Shown here in pieces: positions 54,992 to 64,000 of a stretch of 64,000 nucleotides of DNA. The stretch is from Patescibacteria group bacterium (GTDB lineage: Bacteria; Patescibacteriota; Patescibacteriia; Patescibacteriales; GWC2-42-12): assembly GCA_041662965.1 (NCBI GenBank), contig JBAZRI010000002.1, forward strand, positions 46,062 to 110,061, given 5' to 3'. The notes under the pieces were generated by a model. That model was given only the letters and a program-made list of their open reading frames with translations, was not told where the DNA came from and did no database searches. How positions within the stretch are numbered: position 1 is the stretch's first letter; each line of letters starts with the position of its first letter. The position numbers and the translations under genes were made by a program.

Positions 54992-55411
54992 TTATGTCGC
55001 GGTAGCGGCAGACAATTGATTCAAGACAAAAGTCGCGATGGAAAAAGCTCCAAGAATAATTACCAAGCCGATAATGCCGGCGGTGATTAACTTCTTGGCT
55101 TCGCCAACCTTATCTTCGTTGCCTCCGGCAGTCATCCATTTAAAGCCGCCTAAAAGAATAATAATAACAGCGACAATACCTAAAAAGCCTAAAATTACAT
55201 TGATAATGGAGGCGGCAATTTCGCGCGGATCTTTTACTCCTAAGCCGGTCGCGTCTGTTATAACCGCCGACCCAGCATCGTTACCGGTTCCCTCTCCCCA
55301 AACGTCAACGCCATCAACAGCTAAAGCCGGTAAAGAGAAGGCCATAACCGGAGTCAGCACCAACAAAGCCATGGCAAATACCACTGCTTTTTTCAATAAT
55401 ATTTTTTTCAT
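54992..55411 (-). CDS. VirB2/TrbC-like T4SS pilin family protein (paralog 11; array member 8)
   Basis: ...ILGFLGIVAVIIILLGGFKWMTAGGNEDKVGEAKKLITAGIIGLVIILGAFSI. Confidence 0.7.
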   Translation of the reverse strand: MKKILLKKAVVFAMALLVLTPVMAFSLPALAVDGVDVWGEGTGNDAGSAVITDATGLGVKDPREIAASIINVILGFLGIVAVIIILLGGFKWMTAGGNEDKVGEAKKLITAGIIGLVIILGAFSIATFVLNQLSAATAT

Positions 55412-55600
55412 TTTTCACCTCCCCTCAAGAAAACACGAATATGCGCGAATTCAACCCGCGATATTTGTGCCGTTTAAATAATTTAAGTTATTAACACTAA
55501 ATATATTTTACCATAAAACGCAAAAGCGAGCCAATAACTAATAACGCAAAAGCTATAAGTTGCGAGCTACGGCGAAAACTGTTATAATTTTCTATATTAT

Positions 55601-58547
55601 GACTGCTTCATATTCATCAAACCGCGTAAAATCGCCGCAAAATTGGCGCCAAGCCAAAAAAAAATATTTTTTAAACAAAGCCAAGAAAAATTCATCTGAT
55701 TTCGGCAATCGGGGAGGCGTTAAACAATATTCAAGCGGAAAAAATAAGAATCCCCTAAAAATAAACCTGGCTAAAACCATCTTTATCGGCCTTTTGGCTT
55801 TATTTATTTTTGGCTATGCCGGTTTTCTTTGGCTAACGCACGATCTGCCTGATCCTAACCGCTTGATTGAACGCCAAGTGGCGCAGAGCACAAAAATTTA
55901 TGACCGCACCGGGCAAACCATCCTTTACGAAATCCACGGCGACCAGAAGCGCACCATGATTAGTTTGAGTGACGTGCCGGATAACTTAAAAAACGCCACT
56001 ATTTCCATAGAAGACAAAGATTTTTATAAACATGGCGGCTTCAGCCTCTGGGCTATTTTTAGAACGCTGGTAACCGACGTTCTTTTCGGCAAGCGAGCCG
56101 GCGGCTCAACCCTAACCCAGCAATTTATTAAAAATTCGGTTTTAACCAATGAAAAAACCATCACCAGAAAAATCAAAGAAATAATTTTAGCTTACCGGTT
56201 GGAAAAAAAATTCTCTAAAGATGAAATTTTGCAGATGTACTTTAATGAAATCCCTTACGGTTCAACCGCTTACGGCGTTGAAGCGGCCAGCCAAAAATAT
56301 TTCGGCAAATCGGCGCGCGATTTAAACTTGGCCGAAGCGGCCATTTTAGCGGCTATACCGCAAGCGCCCAGCCGCTATTCGCCCTACGGCCCGAATAAAG
56401 ATATTTTATTGGCGCGGCAAAAATATATTATAGATTTAATGGTAAAGTACGGCTATACTTCTAAAGCCCAGGCCGAAGAAGCAAAAAATTTTAAACTAAC
56501 ATTCAAGCCCCAATCAGACAATATCACGGCGCCGCATTTTGTTATGTATGTTAAAGAAATCTTAGCGGATAAATACGGGGAAAAAACCATAGAGCAGGGC
56601 GGCTTAAAAATTTATACCACGCTTGATTTATACAAACAAAAAATCGCCGAAGAAGTAATCAGCGCCAAAGCGGTTGATAACGAAAAAAAATACCAGGCAA
56701 CAAACGCCGCCCTGATTTCCATTGACCCGAAAAACGGCCAAGTTCTGGCCATGGTGGGCTCGCGCGACTATTTTAACGACGATATTGACGGCCAGGTCAA
56801 CGTGACGCTGCAGCCCCGCCAGCCAGGCTCGTCGTTTAAGCCTATAGTCTACTCGGCCGCGTTTATCAAGGGCTACACGCCCGAGACCGTGCTGTACGAC
56901 GTGGTGACTAATTTTTCCACTGACCCGAATCCGGCCAATGCTTACGAACCACATAACTATGATTTAAAAGAGCATGGCCCGGTTACCATCAGGCAGGCCC
57001 TGGCCGGCTCTTTAAACATACCGGCAGTTAAGGCTCTTTATCTTGCCGGAGTTAATAATGTTATAAGTTTAGCGCAAAATTTCGGCTATACCACGTTTAA
57101 TGACAAAGAGCGTTTTGGCTTGTCTCTGGTTTTAGGCGGCGGCGAGGTAAAATTATTGGAACACGCCAACGCTTTTAGCGCTTTCGCCCGCGAAGGCGTT
57201 AAGCATCCGATCGCCGTTATTTTAAAAATTGAAGATAAGGACGGCAAGATTTTGGAAGAATTTAAAAATCAGGATGAAAAAATTTTAGACGCGGGTATCG
57301 CGCGCTTAACCAACAGTATTTTATCCGATAATTCGGCGCGCGCTTATATTTTCGGCCAAAACAACTATCTGACCCTAGGTTCAAGGCCGGTAGCGGCCAA
57401 AACCGGCACTACCAACGACTACCATGACGCCTGGACCATCGGCTACACGCCGTCAATCGTCACCGGCGTCTGGGTGGGCAACAGCAATGGCAAAGAAATG
57501 AAACGAGGCGCCGACGGTTCGGTGGTGGCCGCGCCGATTTGGCACGATTACATGGATAAAGTTTTAGGCAATACGCCGATTGAGTATTTTAATCCCCCGG
57601 ACAACAAACCAACCGGCAAACCCGTGTTGGACGGCGTGATTGACCCTGATACCGCGGTTAAAATTGATAAATTCTCCGGGCTTTTAGCCAATGAATTTAC
57701 GCCGGCCAGCGCTATCGTAGAAAAACAATTTAAACAAACTCATTGTATTTTATACTATATTAATAAAGACGACCCGCGCGGACCGGCGCCGTCCGATCCG
57801 AAAAACGACCCACAATTTGCTTTATGGGAAAGCAGAGTTTTAGAATGGGCAAAAAAACAAGGCATTGTAAATTCAGCGCCGCCGACCGAATATGATAACG
57901 TCCATCGGCCGGAATTTAACCCGATCATATCAATTGATTCTCCGAGCAATAATCAAACCATCGCTGACCAATTATTAAACGTGCAAATCAGCGCTACGGC
58001 TCCGCGCGGCATTAACCGAGCCGAATATTATATTGACGGTTACTTATTCGGTTCCTCGGTTGCCTATCCCTTTGATCTTAATAAATCAGTAAGCTCTTTA
58101 AGCAACGGCTTCCATAGTTTAACCGTGCGCGTTTGCGATGATGTTGATAATTACTCTGAGCAAAAAATAGAATTTAATTTAATAAATAATAATAAGCCAA
58201 AAACCACTAAAATCAGCCTAACTCTAACTCAGCCTCTTGACGCGACCAGCATTAATAAATATGATTTCCCTTTACTCTTAAAAGCCGAGGTGGTTAATCC
58301 GGAGCAGGCCGCCGGCGTCACTTTTTATTTTAAAGACTCTAGCGGTAAAATACAGCAGATTGCCAAAAGCCAAGTTATAGATAAAACCGCCGAGGCCCAA
58401 ATGACCAATATTTTAACTCCCGGCTCCTATAAATTTTATGCCGAAGCGCGCGGCTGGTATGGCCAAACCGCTAAAAGCGAAGAAGCTTCTATAACTGTTA
58501 ATAGCCTGCCCCTAGCCGCCACTACCACACCGGCGGCTGCCCAATAA
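55601..58547 (+). CDS. class A penicillin-binding protein (PBP1A: glycosyltransferase GT51 + transpeptidase) with C-terminal Ig-like extension
   Basis: GT51 motifs EDKDFYKHGG, GGSTLTQQ; transpeptidase SSFK, SLN, KTGT. Start uncertain (55560 alternative-codon start or ATG 55601). Confidence 0.85.
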
Positions 58548-58606
58548 TACTTTATAATAAAAAAGCCGCTTCATAAATATAGAGGCGGTTTTTTATTATA
58601 TTTATC

Positions 58607-59758
58607 TTATTGTTTTATCGGCATAATGATATACAAATAACTTTCATCTTGCTCCGGCCTGATAATGCACGGAGTATTAGAGTCTATAACCTCAATCTTA
58701 ACCGTTTCTTTTTCAATATTGCTTAAGCCCTCTAATAAATAACGATAATTTACCACAATGCTATTGTCATCACCCGACACCTTGGCCTCTAAATTTGTTA
58801 TATTTTCCCCGGTTTGCCCGGAAACCGAAGAAATCACTACTTGATTTTTGCCTAAAGGAAAATCTAAATTAACATCATTAATGCCGGTTTTAGAAAATAA
58901 AGAGGCCATTTTTACGGCGCGAATTAATTCTTGCCGGTCAATAGAAATTTTAGTTTTACTGTTGTTGGGGATAATCTGCTGATAGTCGGGGTATTGACCT
59001 TCAATTAAACGCGAGACCAATTCAGTTGAACCATAAGTAAATAAAATTTGATTTTCTGAAATATAAAATTTTATTTCCGAGTTTTTTTCTTCCACTTCGT
59101 CATCTAAATTAATTGATAAAACCCTTAATAGCTCCTGTAAAGTCTTAGCCGGCACAATAATCTTTTTTTCTTCTTCGTTGTTTGATTTGATTTTAATCTT
59201 TTTTTCAGCTAAGCGATAGCTGTCGGTCGCGGCCAGAGTTAAACTGCCACCAGAAAAATCAAAAAGTACGCCGGATAATTCCAGTCTGGTTTCACTTAAA
59301 GCGGTGGCAAAAATTACCTGGGAAATCGCCTTTTTTATTTCTTCGGCCTCCGCGCTAAAATAATTTTTTCTGTCAACTTCCGGTATCAAAGGAAATTCTT
59401 CGGCCGATTGGCCTTTAGCCTTGGCTTGATAATTTTCGCAATCTACTAACAAATCATTCTCTTTCTGCTCCAGGCCGATCTTTTTATTCGGCAAAAGATT
59501 TATGCAATCAGAAATAATTTTTGAACTTACGGTAAACGACCCTTCACGCTCAATTTTTCCCCTAACCGTGCTAACTACGCCAATCTCCAAATTAGTGGCG
59601 ATTAGCTTTATTTTGCCTTCTTCGGCTTTAATTAAAACATTATTCAATATCGGCAAGTTAACGTTTTTCCCCGAAACATGCCCGACTAGCGCCAAGCCTT
59701 GCTTTAAATTTTCTTGCAAGCTGAATATTTTTAATCCGCCGGAGTTTTGACTTGTCAT
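58607..59758 (-). CDS. dnaN: DNA polymerase III beta sliding clamp
   Basis: 383 aa, three-domain clamp; N-terminus MTSQNSGGLKIFSLQENLKQGL. Confidence 0.9.
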   Translation of the reverse strand: MTSQNSGGLKIFSLQENLKQGLALVGHVSGKNVNLPILNNVLIKAEEGKIKLIATNLEIGVVSTVRGKIEREGSFTVSSKIISDCINLLPNKKIGLEQKENDLLVDCENYQAKAKGQSAEEFPLIPEVDRKNYFSAEAEEIKKAISQVIFATALSETRLELSGVLFDFSGGSLTLAATDSYRLAEKKIKIKSNNEEEKKIIVPAKTLQELLRVLSINLDDEVEEKNSEIKFYISENQILFTYGSTELVSRLIEGQYPDYQQIIPNNSKTKISIDRQELIRAVKMASLFSKTGINDVNLDFPLGKNQVVISSVSGQTGENITNLEAKVSGDDNSIVVNYRYLLEGLSNIEKETVKIEVIDSNTPCIIRPEQDESYLYIIMPIKQ

Positions 59759-60051
59759 AATATATTTTAATTATCCGTCCCGTTTTTATAAATTTTCAAC
59801 GGGTTGATAAACTTGTTAGTTATTAATTAATATAGTATTTATAATATTAAGAAATAATAATAACAATAAGCGGGTTGATAAACTGGTTTAGTATTAAATT
59901 TTAGCTGATCTTTGATTTTTTATTGGTTTTGTTAGCGGTTAAATATATGTTAAAAAGGGTGTTGAAAAATAAACCGTTTGGGGATAAAATTTTTATTGGT
60001 AAATTTATTAACGAATAGTTAACAGGTAAATCAGAACTTTTCACCAAACTA
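59759..60051. promoter_or_regulatory. AT-rich dnaA-dnaN intergenic region with degenerate DnaA boxes; oriC candidate
   Basis: ttatccgtc; two direct 14-mers cgggttgataaact (reverse complement TTTATCAAC, one mismatch to the DnaA box); ggggataaaa. Confidence 0.4.
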
Positions 60052-61398
60052 TTAACCGCTATAAATTACTTGTTTAATAGAATCTACGTGTTGTTTTATT
60101 TTTTCATCTTCTTGGCACTCGCGTTCTATTTTATTGTAAGCATGCATGGCTGTTGTGTGATCGCGGCCGCCTAATTCTTGGCCGATTGAAGGATAAGAAG
60201 CATTGATTTCTTTGCGCATTAAGTACATAGCGATTTGTCTGGGCACAACCAATTCTTTTTTACGGCTTTGCCCGATCAGATCTTTAATGTTTATATCAAA
60301 AAATTTAGCCGCTGCCTCAATAATGGTTTTAGCCGTAGTTGATTTAGATTGAAAATTAGAAATTATGCCGGCCAAAATGCTTTTAGTTGAATCTATCGAC
60401 GGCAGAGAGTTATTAAACTCATAATAAGCGATTAAGCGATTTAAAGCCCCCTCTAATTCGCGGATGTTATTAGTGATATTAGTCGCAATGTAAGCTAAAA
60501 TTTCTCTATCAAGCTTATAATTTTTTTCTCGGCACTTAGTTTCCAGTATGGCTATCCTGGTTTCTAAATCCGGTGAGCTGACATCAGCAATCATGCCCCA
60601 CTCAAAGCGCGACAGCAGCCTTTTTTCTAAGGCCGGTATGGCTTTGGGCGGCCGGTCTGAAGAAATTACTATTTGTTTATTGGTTTGATGCAGTTCATTA
60701 AAAGTATGAAAAAATTCTTCTTGTGTGCCGTCTTTGCCGCCCATAAAGTGGATATCGTCAATCAGCAACAAATCAACATTGCGGTAATGGTCTTTAAAGT
60801 CTTTGGCTTGGCCGTTTCTCACCGCCTGGACATAGTCATTAGTGAATTTTTCACAGGAAACATATAAAATTTTATCACTTTTTTTGGATAATTCGTGCCC
60901 GATAGCTTGCAGTAAATGGGTTTTTCCCAAGCCGACGCCGCCGTAAATAAACAACGGATTATAAGCATGGCCCGGGTTAGCGGCTACGGCCTGGCAAGCC
61001 GCATGCGCCAATTCGTTGTTTTTTCCAACAATAAAACTGTCAAACACGTAACGGTTGTTAAGGCCGAAGCGGTTAACAATTTTCGGTTTGCTCTCGATCG
61101 TATTTTCAGTTTTAACTCTTTTTATAAAATTTTCCGGCGTTGAGTCTTTTTTAGCTTCAACTTTGTAAAGAATTTCCTTAATTTCTCCGGAACCGACGCT
61201 TTTGAAAGCATTGGCGATTTCTTTGTGGTATTTTTTTTCCAGCCAGGCTTTAGTGAAGGTATTGGGCACGCAGATAATGACGCGGTTATTTTCCAGAGAA
61301 GAGATAAAAGTGCTTTTAAACCAAGTAGTGAAGTTAGCCCTGGACAAGCTAAGTTCAATTTCACCTAAAATAGCTTGCCAAAGTTGTTCATTGTTCAT
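60052..61398 (-). CDS. dnaA: chromosomal replication initiator DnaA
   Basis: AAA+ Walker A GGVGLGKTHLL; sensor motifs; C-terminal DNA-binding domain (RQIAMYLMRKEINASYPSIGQELGGRDHTTAMHA). Confidence 0.9.
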   Translation of the reverse strand: MNNEQLWQAILGEIELSLSRANFTTWFKSTFISSLENNRVIICVPNTFTKAWLEKKYHKEIANAFKSVGSGEIKEILYKVEAKKDSTPENFIKRVKTENTIESKPKIVNRFGLNNRYVFDSFIVGKNNELAHAACQAVAANPGHAYNPLFIYGGVGLGKTHLLQAIGHELSKKSDKILYVSCEKFTNDYVQAVRNGQAKDFKDHYRNVDLLLIDDIHFMGGKDGTQEEFFHTFNELHQTNKQIVISSDRPPKAIPALEKRLLSRFEWGMIADVSSPDLETRIAILETKCREKNYKLDREILAYIATNITNNIRELEGALNRLIAYYEFNNSLPSIDSTKSILAGIISNFQSKSTTAKTIIEAAAKFFDINIKDLIGQSRKKELVVPRQIAMYLMRKEINASYPSIGQELGGRDHTTAMHAYNKIERECQEDEKIKQHVDSIKQVIYSG

Positions 61399-61700
61399 AG
61401 CGCGAGGGGGTTACGATTTATTTAAAATAAAAATATCTAATAGTAATATAAAATTGATAAAATAATTAGCGAGTTCATTTCAATAGCCATTATAACAGCT
61501 TAATTATAAATGTAAAATAGACTTTAATGTTTACAAACTGTTAATAAATAGTGGAAAAGATTATATTAGCTTTTTATTTTTAAAAAAGCGTAATAATATT
61601 TTTTAGTTTGACTTTAAAAAGGTTAAATGTTATGTTTTATTTGAGATAAAGCCGTATATTTATCTCTTTAAATTTTTATTAATAATATTTGTTTATATTT

Positions 61701-61838
61701 TATGCCAAAAAGAACTTATCAGCCGAATAAAAAACGAGCTAAAAGAAAACATGGTTTTAGAAAAAGAATGCAGACAAAAAATGGCCGTAATGTTGTTAAA
61801 AGAAGAAAAGCTAAAGGCAGAAAAAGGCTGTCAAAATA
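61701..61838 (+). CDS. rpmH: 50S ribosomal protein L34 (below the ORF-track size cutoff)
   Basis: [45 protein letters not shown]. Confidence 0.8.
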
Positions 61839-61883
61839 AAGCTAACTAAAGCCTGTTCGGCAATTCGTTTATATTTAATATTT

Positions 61884-62234
61884 ATGTTAGCCAGGCGACT
61901 CCGTTTAGCCAAAGAAAAAGATTTTAAGAGAATATTTAAGCTGGGGAAATCTTCTTATGCTAAAATTTTTGGTATAAAAGTTTTAGCTAATAAGCTAGAG
62001 GTTAATCGTTATGGCATTGTAATTAGTGCTAATGTTAGCAAAAAAGCTACAGATAGGAATAAATTAAAAAGGCAGCTAAGAGCAATTATTAAAGAATTTG
62101 ATGAAAAAATTATCCAAGGATTTGATCTGGTGATTATAGTGGCTCCGGCCGTCTTAAGCCAAAAATACGAATTTATAAAAAGCGAGCTGAAAAAATTATT
62201 GGTTGCATTAAAATTATTTAAGCTCGGCAAATAA
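61884..62234 (+). CDS. rnpA: RNase P protein component
   Basis: [22 protein letters not shown]...[13 protein letters not shown] (RNR-like basic motif). Confidence 0.85.
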   Translation: MLARRLRLAKEKDFKRIFKLGKSSYAKIFGIKVLANKLEVNRYGIVISANVSKKATDRNKLKRQLRAIIKEFDEKIIQGFDLVIIVAPAVLSQKYEFIKSELKKLLVALKLFKLGK

Positions 62235-62235
62235 C

Positions 62236-62484
62236 ATGCTTAAATTTTATCCGCGCTATATCGCGGTAAAAATTTTAAAGATTTATCAGAAAACGCTTTC
62301 TTTTGATCATGGTATTTTTAAATTTTTATATCCTAACGGTTTTTGCCGTTTTCACCCGACTTGCTCTGATTATGCCATAGAGGCTATAGAAAAATACGGC
62401 TTTTTAAAGGGCGGAAGCAAGGCGATTTGGCGGGTTTTGCGCTGTAATCCATTTAATTCCGGAGGTTTTGACCCTCTGAAATAA
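62236..62484 (+). CDS. yidD: membrane protein insertion efficiency factor YidD
   Basis: [37 protein letters not shown]. Confidence 0.8.
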   Translation: MLKFYPRYIAVKILKIYQKTLSFDHGIFKFLYPNGFCRFHPTCSDYAIEAIEKYGFLKGGSKAIWRVLRCNPFNSGGFDPLK

Positions 62485-62496
62485 TTTTTATTATTT

Positions 62497-63213
62497 ATGT
62501 CTCAAATTTTTAACCTTATTTTCTATCAGCCCATACTTAATCTTTTGGTTTTTTTATATAATATCGTCCCGGGGCATGATATCGGCTTGGCCATAATAAT
62601 CATGACAGTGGTCATTAAATTAATTTTATTGCCTTTGTCCAAACAGTCGATAAAATCACAAAAATCTTTGCAGGAATTACAGCCCAAAATTGATGAAATC
62701 AAGAAAAAATACGCGGACAATAAAGAAGAACAGGGCCGAGCCATGATGCAGTTGTACAAACAGGAAAAAGTAAATCCGCTTTCTTCTTGTTTGCCGCTAT
62801 TAATCCAGTTGCCGTTTTTATGGGCGGTTTTTATGGTTTTTAGAGCAGGTTTAAGCGGTAAATCTCTTAATTTGGTTTACTCTTTTATTCATCAGCCGGA
62901 ATTAATTAACACCATATCTTTGGGTTTTATTGATTTGGCAAAACCCAATGTAGTTTTAGCTGTTTTAGCCGGTTTAGCTCAATTTTGGCAGGCGAAAATG
63001 ATGACTATAAAGCGTCCGGAAGTTAAAAGCCAGGGCGCCAAAGATGAAAATATGATGGCGATTATGAATAAGCAGATGCTCTATATGATGCCGGCTTTAA
63101 CTGTTTTTATCGGATTGTCTTTTCCCGGAGGGTTGGCGCTTTATTGGCTGGTCACTACTCTTTTAACAGCCTTACAGCAATTGTATTTGTTTAAGAAGAA
63201 AGAGACAGTATAA
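62497..63213 (+). CDS. yidC: membrane protein insertase YidC/Oxa1 (short form)
   Basis: ...LQPKIDEIKKKYADNKEEQGRAMMQLYKQEKVNPLSSCLPLLIQLPFL... Confidence 0.85.
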   Translation: MSQIFNLIFYQPILNLLVFLYNIVPGHDIGLAIIIMTVVIKLILLPLSKQSIKSQKSLQELQPKIDEIKKKYADNKEEQGRAMMQLYKQEKVNPLSSCLPLLIQLPFLWAVFMVFRAGLSGKSLNLVYSFIHQPELINTISLGFIDLAKPNVVLAVLAGLAQFWQAKMMTIKRPEVKSQGAKDENMMAIMNKQMLYMMPALTVFIGLSFPGGLALYWLVTTLLTALQQLYLFKKKETV

Positions 63214-63231
63214 AAGATATTTGTACAATAT

Positions 63232-63268
63232 AAAAAAACCGCTCTTGCCAGTAAGGGGTGGTTTTTTA
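63232..63268 (+). terminator. putative terminator after yidC (G:U-rich stem)
   Basis: ccgctcttgccagtaaggggtgg + tttttta. Confidence 0.3.
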
Positions 63269-63297
63269 TATGGTGTACTTTTTTATAAATTTTTATA

Positions 63298-63465
63298 TTC
63301 GTGGCGCTTCGCTAGGACTTACTTTTTATGACTAAAAAGTAAGCAAACCTGCCTGCCGGCAGGCAGGAAGTCTCGGGGGTTTCCGATTGGCTATCTAGCT
63401 GATTTATCTTATCTCTGTAAGCAATGGCGCCAACTCCAACCCCCGAACCCCCTTGGTGATTTTTA
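63298..63465 (-). repeat. ~150-nt structured repeat family R1, copy C (reverse orientation)
   Basis: Reverse complement: aaaaatcaccaagggggttcgggggttggagttggcgccattgcttacag...aagataaatcagctagatagccaatcggaaaccccc...gcttactttttagtcataaaaagtaag...gcgccacga. Confidence 0.7.
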
Positions 63466-63509
63466 ATTGTATTTTAAGGCGAACCTAGAAAAATTTAGGA
63501 ATAGATTTT

Positions 63510-64000
63510 TTAAAAGCTTCTATTTTTCCCCACGATTACGTTTAAATGTTTTTTAACAACCGTGATTTCGGCCGGCGCGTTTATGGGAATTGATCCGTCT
63601 AAAAGCAATTGATGTTTTAAATTATGGATGGTGATTTTTTTAATTTTAAAAATTGATTGGTGGTCTTGCCTGGTAAAAAAATTTTTATTGCCGTAAGTAT
63701 TTACAACTAATTCCAAAAGTCCGTCATCGGGGATAAATTTTACGTTAGGCGGCAGCTTGATTTGTTCTCCGATTAAATTAAAAATATAGATTAAACCTTT
63801 TTCCGTAGTTTCAATAGTGTAATTTTTATTCATGTCAATCACGGTTCCTTGATTATTTATGCTAATATTAGATAAAAAATATGTTTGGTTAGCCAACCCC
63901 AGGTCAAGCTTAACCAGCAGCCTGGCTGATAAAATATCGCAAGCCGCTTCGGCCGATTCAATGCCTAAGCTTTTAGCAATCTGATTGTTGTCTTCGCCGA
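63510..64000 (-). CDS. hypothetical protein; N-terminus probably extends beyond the window end
   Basis: Minus-strand frame stays open from 63896 to 64000 (...SAEAACDILSARLLVKLDLGLANQTYFLSNIS...). The tracked 'M' at 63896 is a TTG codon. Confidence 0.4.
   Translation of the reverse strand, partial: GEDNNQIAKSLGIESAEAACDILSARLLVKLDLGLANQTYFLSNISINNQGTVIDMNKNYTIETTEKGLIYIFNLIGEQIKLPPNVKFIPDDGLLELVVNTYGNKNFFTRQDHQSIFKIKKITIHNLKHQLLLDGSIPINAPAEITVVKKHLNVIVGKNRSF

Noticed and set aside
51670-55411. CRISPR array hypothesis for the regularly spaced ~400-450-bp pilin units and for the TGTCATT/R-B/R-C repeats
   Set aside because: The repeated units are protein-coding paralogs ~0.4 kb long, not 25-40-bp direct repeats with unique spacers. 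The intergenic repeats are palindromic hairpins at irregular spacing. No cas genes are present.

Overview
This 64-kb window is AT-rich with mostly short intergenic spacers. It comes from a small-genome bacterium that I assign to the Candidate Phyla Radiation (Parcubacteria/OD1-like) from the 16S rRNA gene, which has a CAGCAGCGGTAA 515-region. It spans the chromosomal origin neighbourhood (rpmH-rnpA-yidD-yidC divergent from dnaA-dnaN) plus housekeeping operons: infC-rpmI-rplT, smpB with a tmRNA, tig, H+-pyrophosphatase, nusA, rlmN, rpsO-NYN-pnp, rpsP-KH-trmD, rplS, PBP1A. It also holds a 16S rRNA gene not linked to a 23S gene and 13 tRNAs. Several non-core layers stand out. (1) Eleven paralogous small VirB2/TrbC-like 'T4SS pilin' genes, eight of them in one head-to-tail array at 51.6-55.4 kb. 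(2) A codon-atypical island at 36.3-38.9 kb encoding a 563-aa polytopic membrane protein plus one pilin, bracketed by terminators and repeat clusters. (3) At least five families of structured intergenic repeats: a ~150-nt element in three copies with compensatory base changes, two ~100-nt long-hairpin families, and 'TGTCATT...' palindromes. (4) Nuclease genes wedged beside tRNA/rRNA genes: an HNH gene between tRNA-His and a pseudo-tRNA fragment, and a GIY-YIG gene between tRNA-Ile and a tRNA cluster. (5) A NYN-domain nuclease inserted between rpsO and pnp. (6) A DnaA-box/iteron cluster 10 kb away from dnaA. No CRISPR array or 23S/5S rRNA is present. Functions are inferred from motifs I can read in the translations; no database search was possible.
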